32,000 bases of DNA, taken from the NCBI RefSeq assembly GCF_937129435.1, contig NZ_CAKZNF010000018.1, forward strand, positions 24,020-56,019, read 5' to 3'. This DNA comes from an uncultured Parasphingopyxis sp. Its GTDB lineage: Bacteria > Pseudomonadota > Alphaproteobacteria > Sphingomonadales > Sphingomonadaceae. The translations under genes were made by a program, and so were the position numbers. A model generated the notes under the pieces. It saw only the letters and a list, made by a program, of their open reading frames with translations, was not told where the DNA came from and ran no database searches. Below are positions 31,898 through 32,000 of this stretch, one piece after another; position 1 is the first letter of the stretch, and the number at the start of each line of letters is the position of its first letter.

Positions 31898-32000
31898 TTT
31901 TTATTTCTCCCGCCGACAATTTCGCCTTCTCCCAATCGCGTCCATCGAACGGCACTACGTCCACATCCAACCTGTCCCCTCGTCGAGAGCGCGGAGGTTC

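Overview
This is a high-G+C (roughly mid-60s % by eye) alphaproteobacterial chromosomal segment. It most resembles a Sphingomonadales genome; that is an inference from the protein families, an alpha-type SOS box and EcfG-type stress promoters. All family calls come from reading motifs in the translations, since no searches could be run.

About 30 protein genes are supported:
- a partial MarR-family regulator
- an isonitrile-hydratase-like DJ-1/PfpI protein
- tamA-tamB
- a CI/LexA-like S24 repressor divergent from two small ORFs
- a GSP26-like PNPOx protein
- a maoC-like dehydratase/thiolase operon interrupted by a GxxExxY gene
- putA
- a GIY-YIG gene
- a topoisomerase IB-MscS pair
- a second PfpI protein
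- exosortase-A-type EPS genes (O-antigen-ligase-like, GT4, Pro-rich membrane protein)
- a Prx5 peroxiredoxin
- a tightly overlapped sulfotransferase-alr-mlaE-mlaF operon
- an MHS-type MFS transporter
- an S9 peptidase
- a lower-G+C tail with small ORFs

No rRNA, tRNA, CRISPR array, integrase or classical transposase was recognised. Many long ORFs in the track are antisense or out-of-frame shadows typical of high-GC DNA.

The most interesting content is intergenic. There are five unrelated families of structured palindromic repeats. Two small nuclease-fold genes are each bracketed by terminal inverted repeats: GIY-YIG at 15952-16379 and PD-(D/E)XK GxxExxY at 11802-12256. The GIY-YIG repeat also occurs as a gene-less inverted doublet at 12745-12833, which resembles a REPIN/RAYT architecture but with a different nuclease.

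Regulatory candidates are back-to-back perfect GGAAC-N17-CGTT (EcfG-type) promoters at 18632-18683 and a GAAC-N7-GAAC alpha SOS box at 9250-9264.
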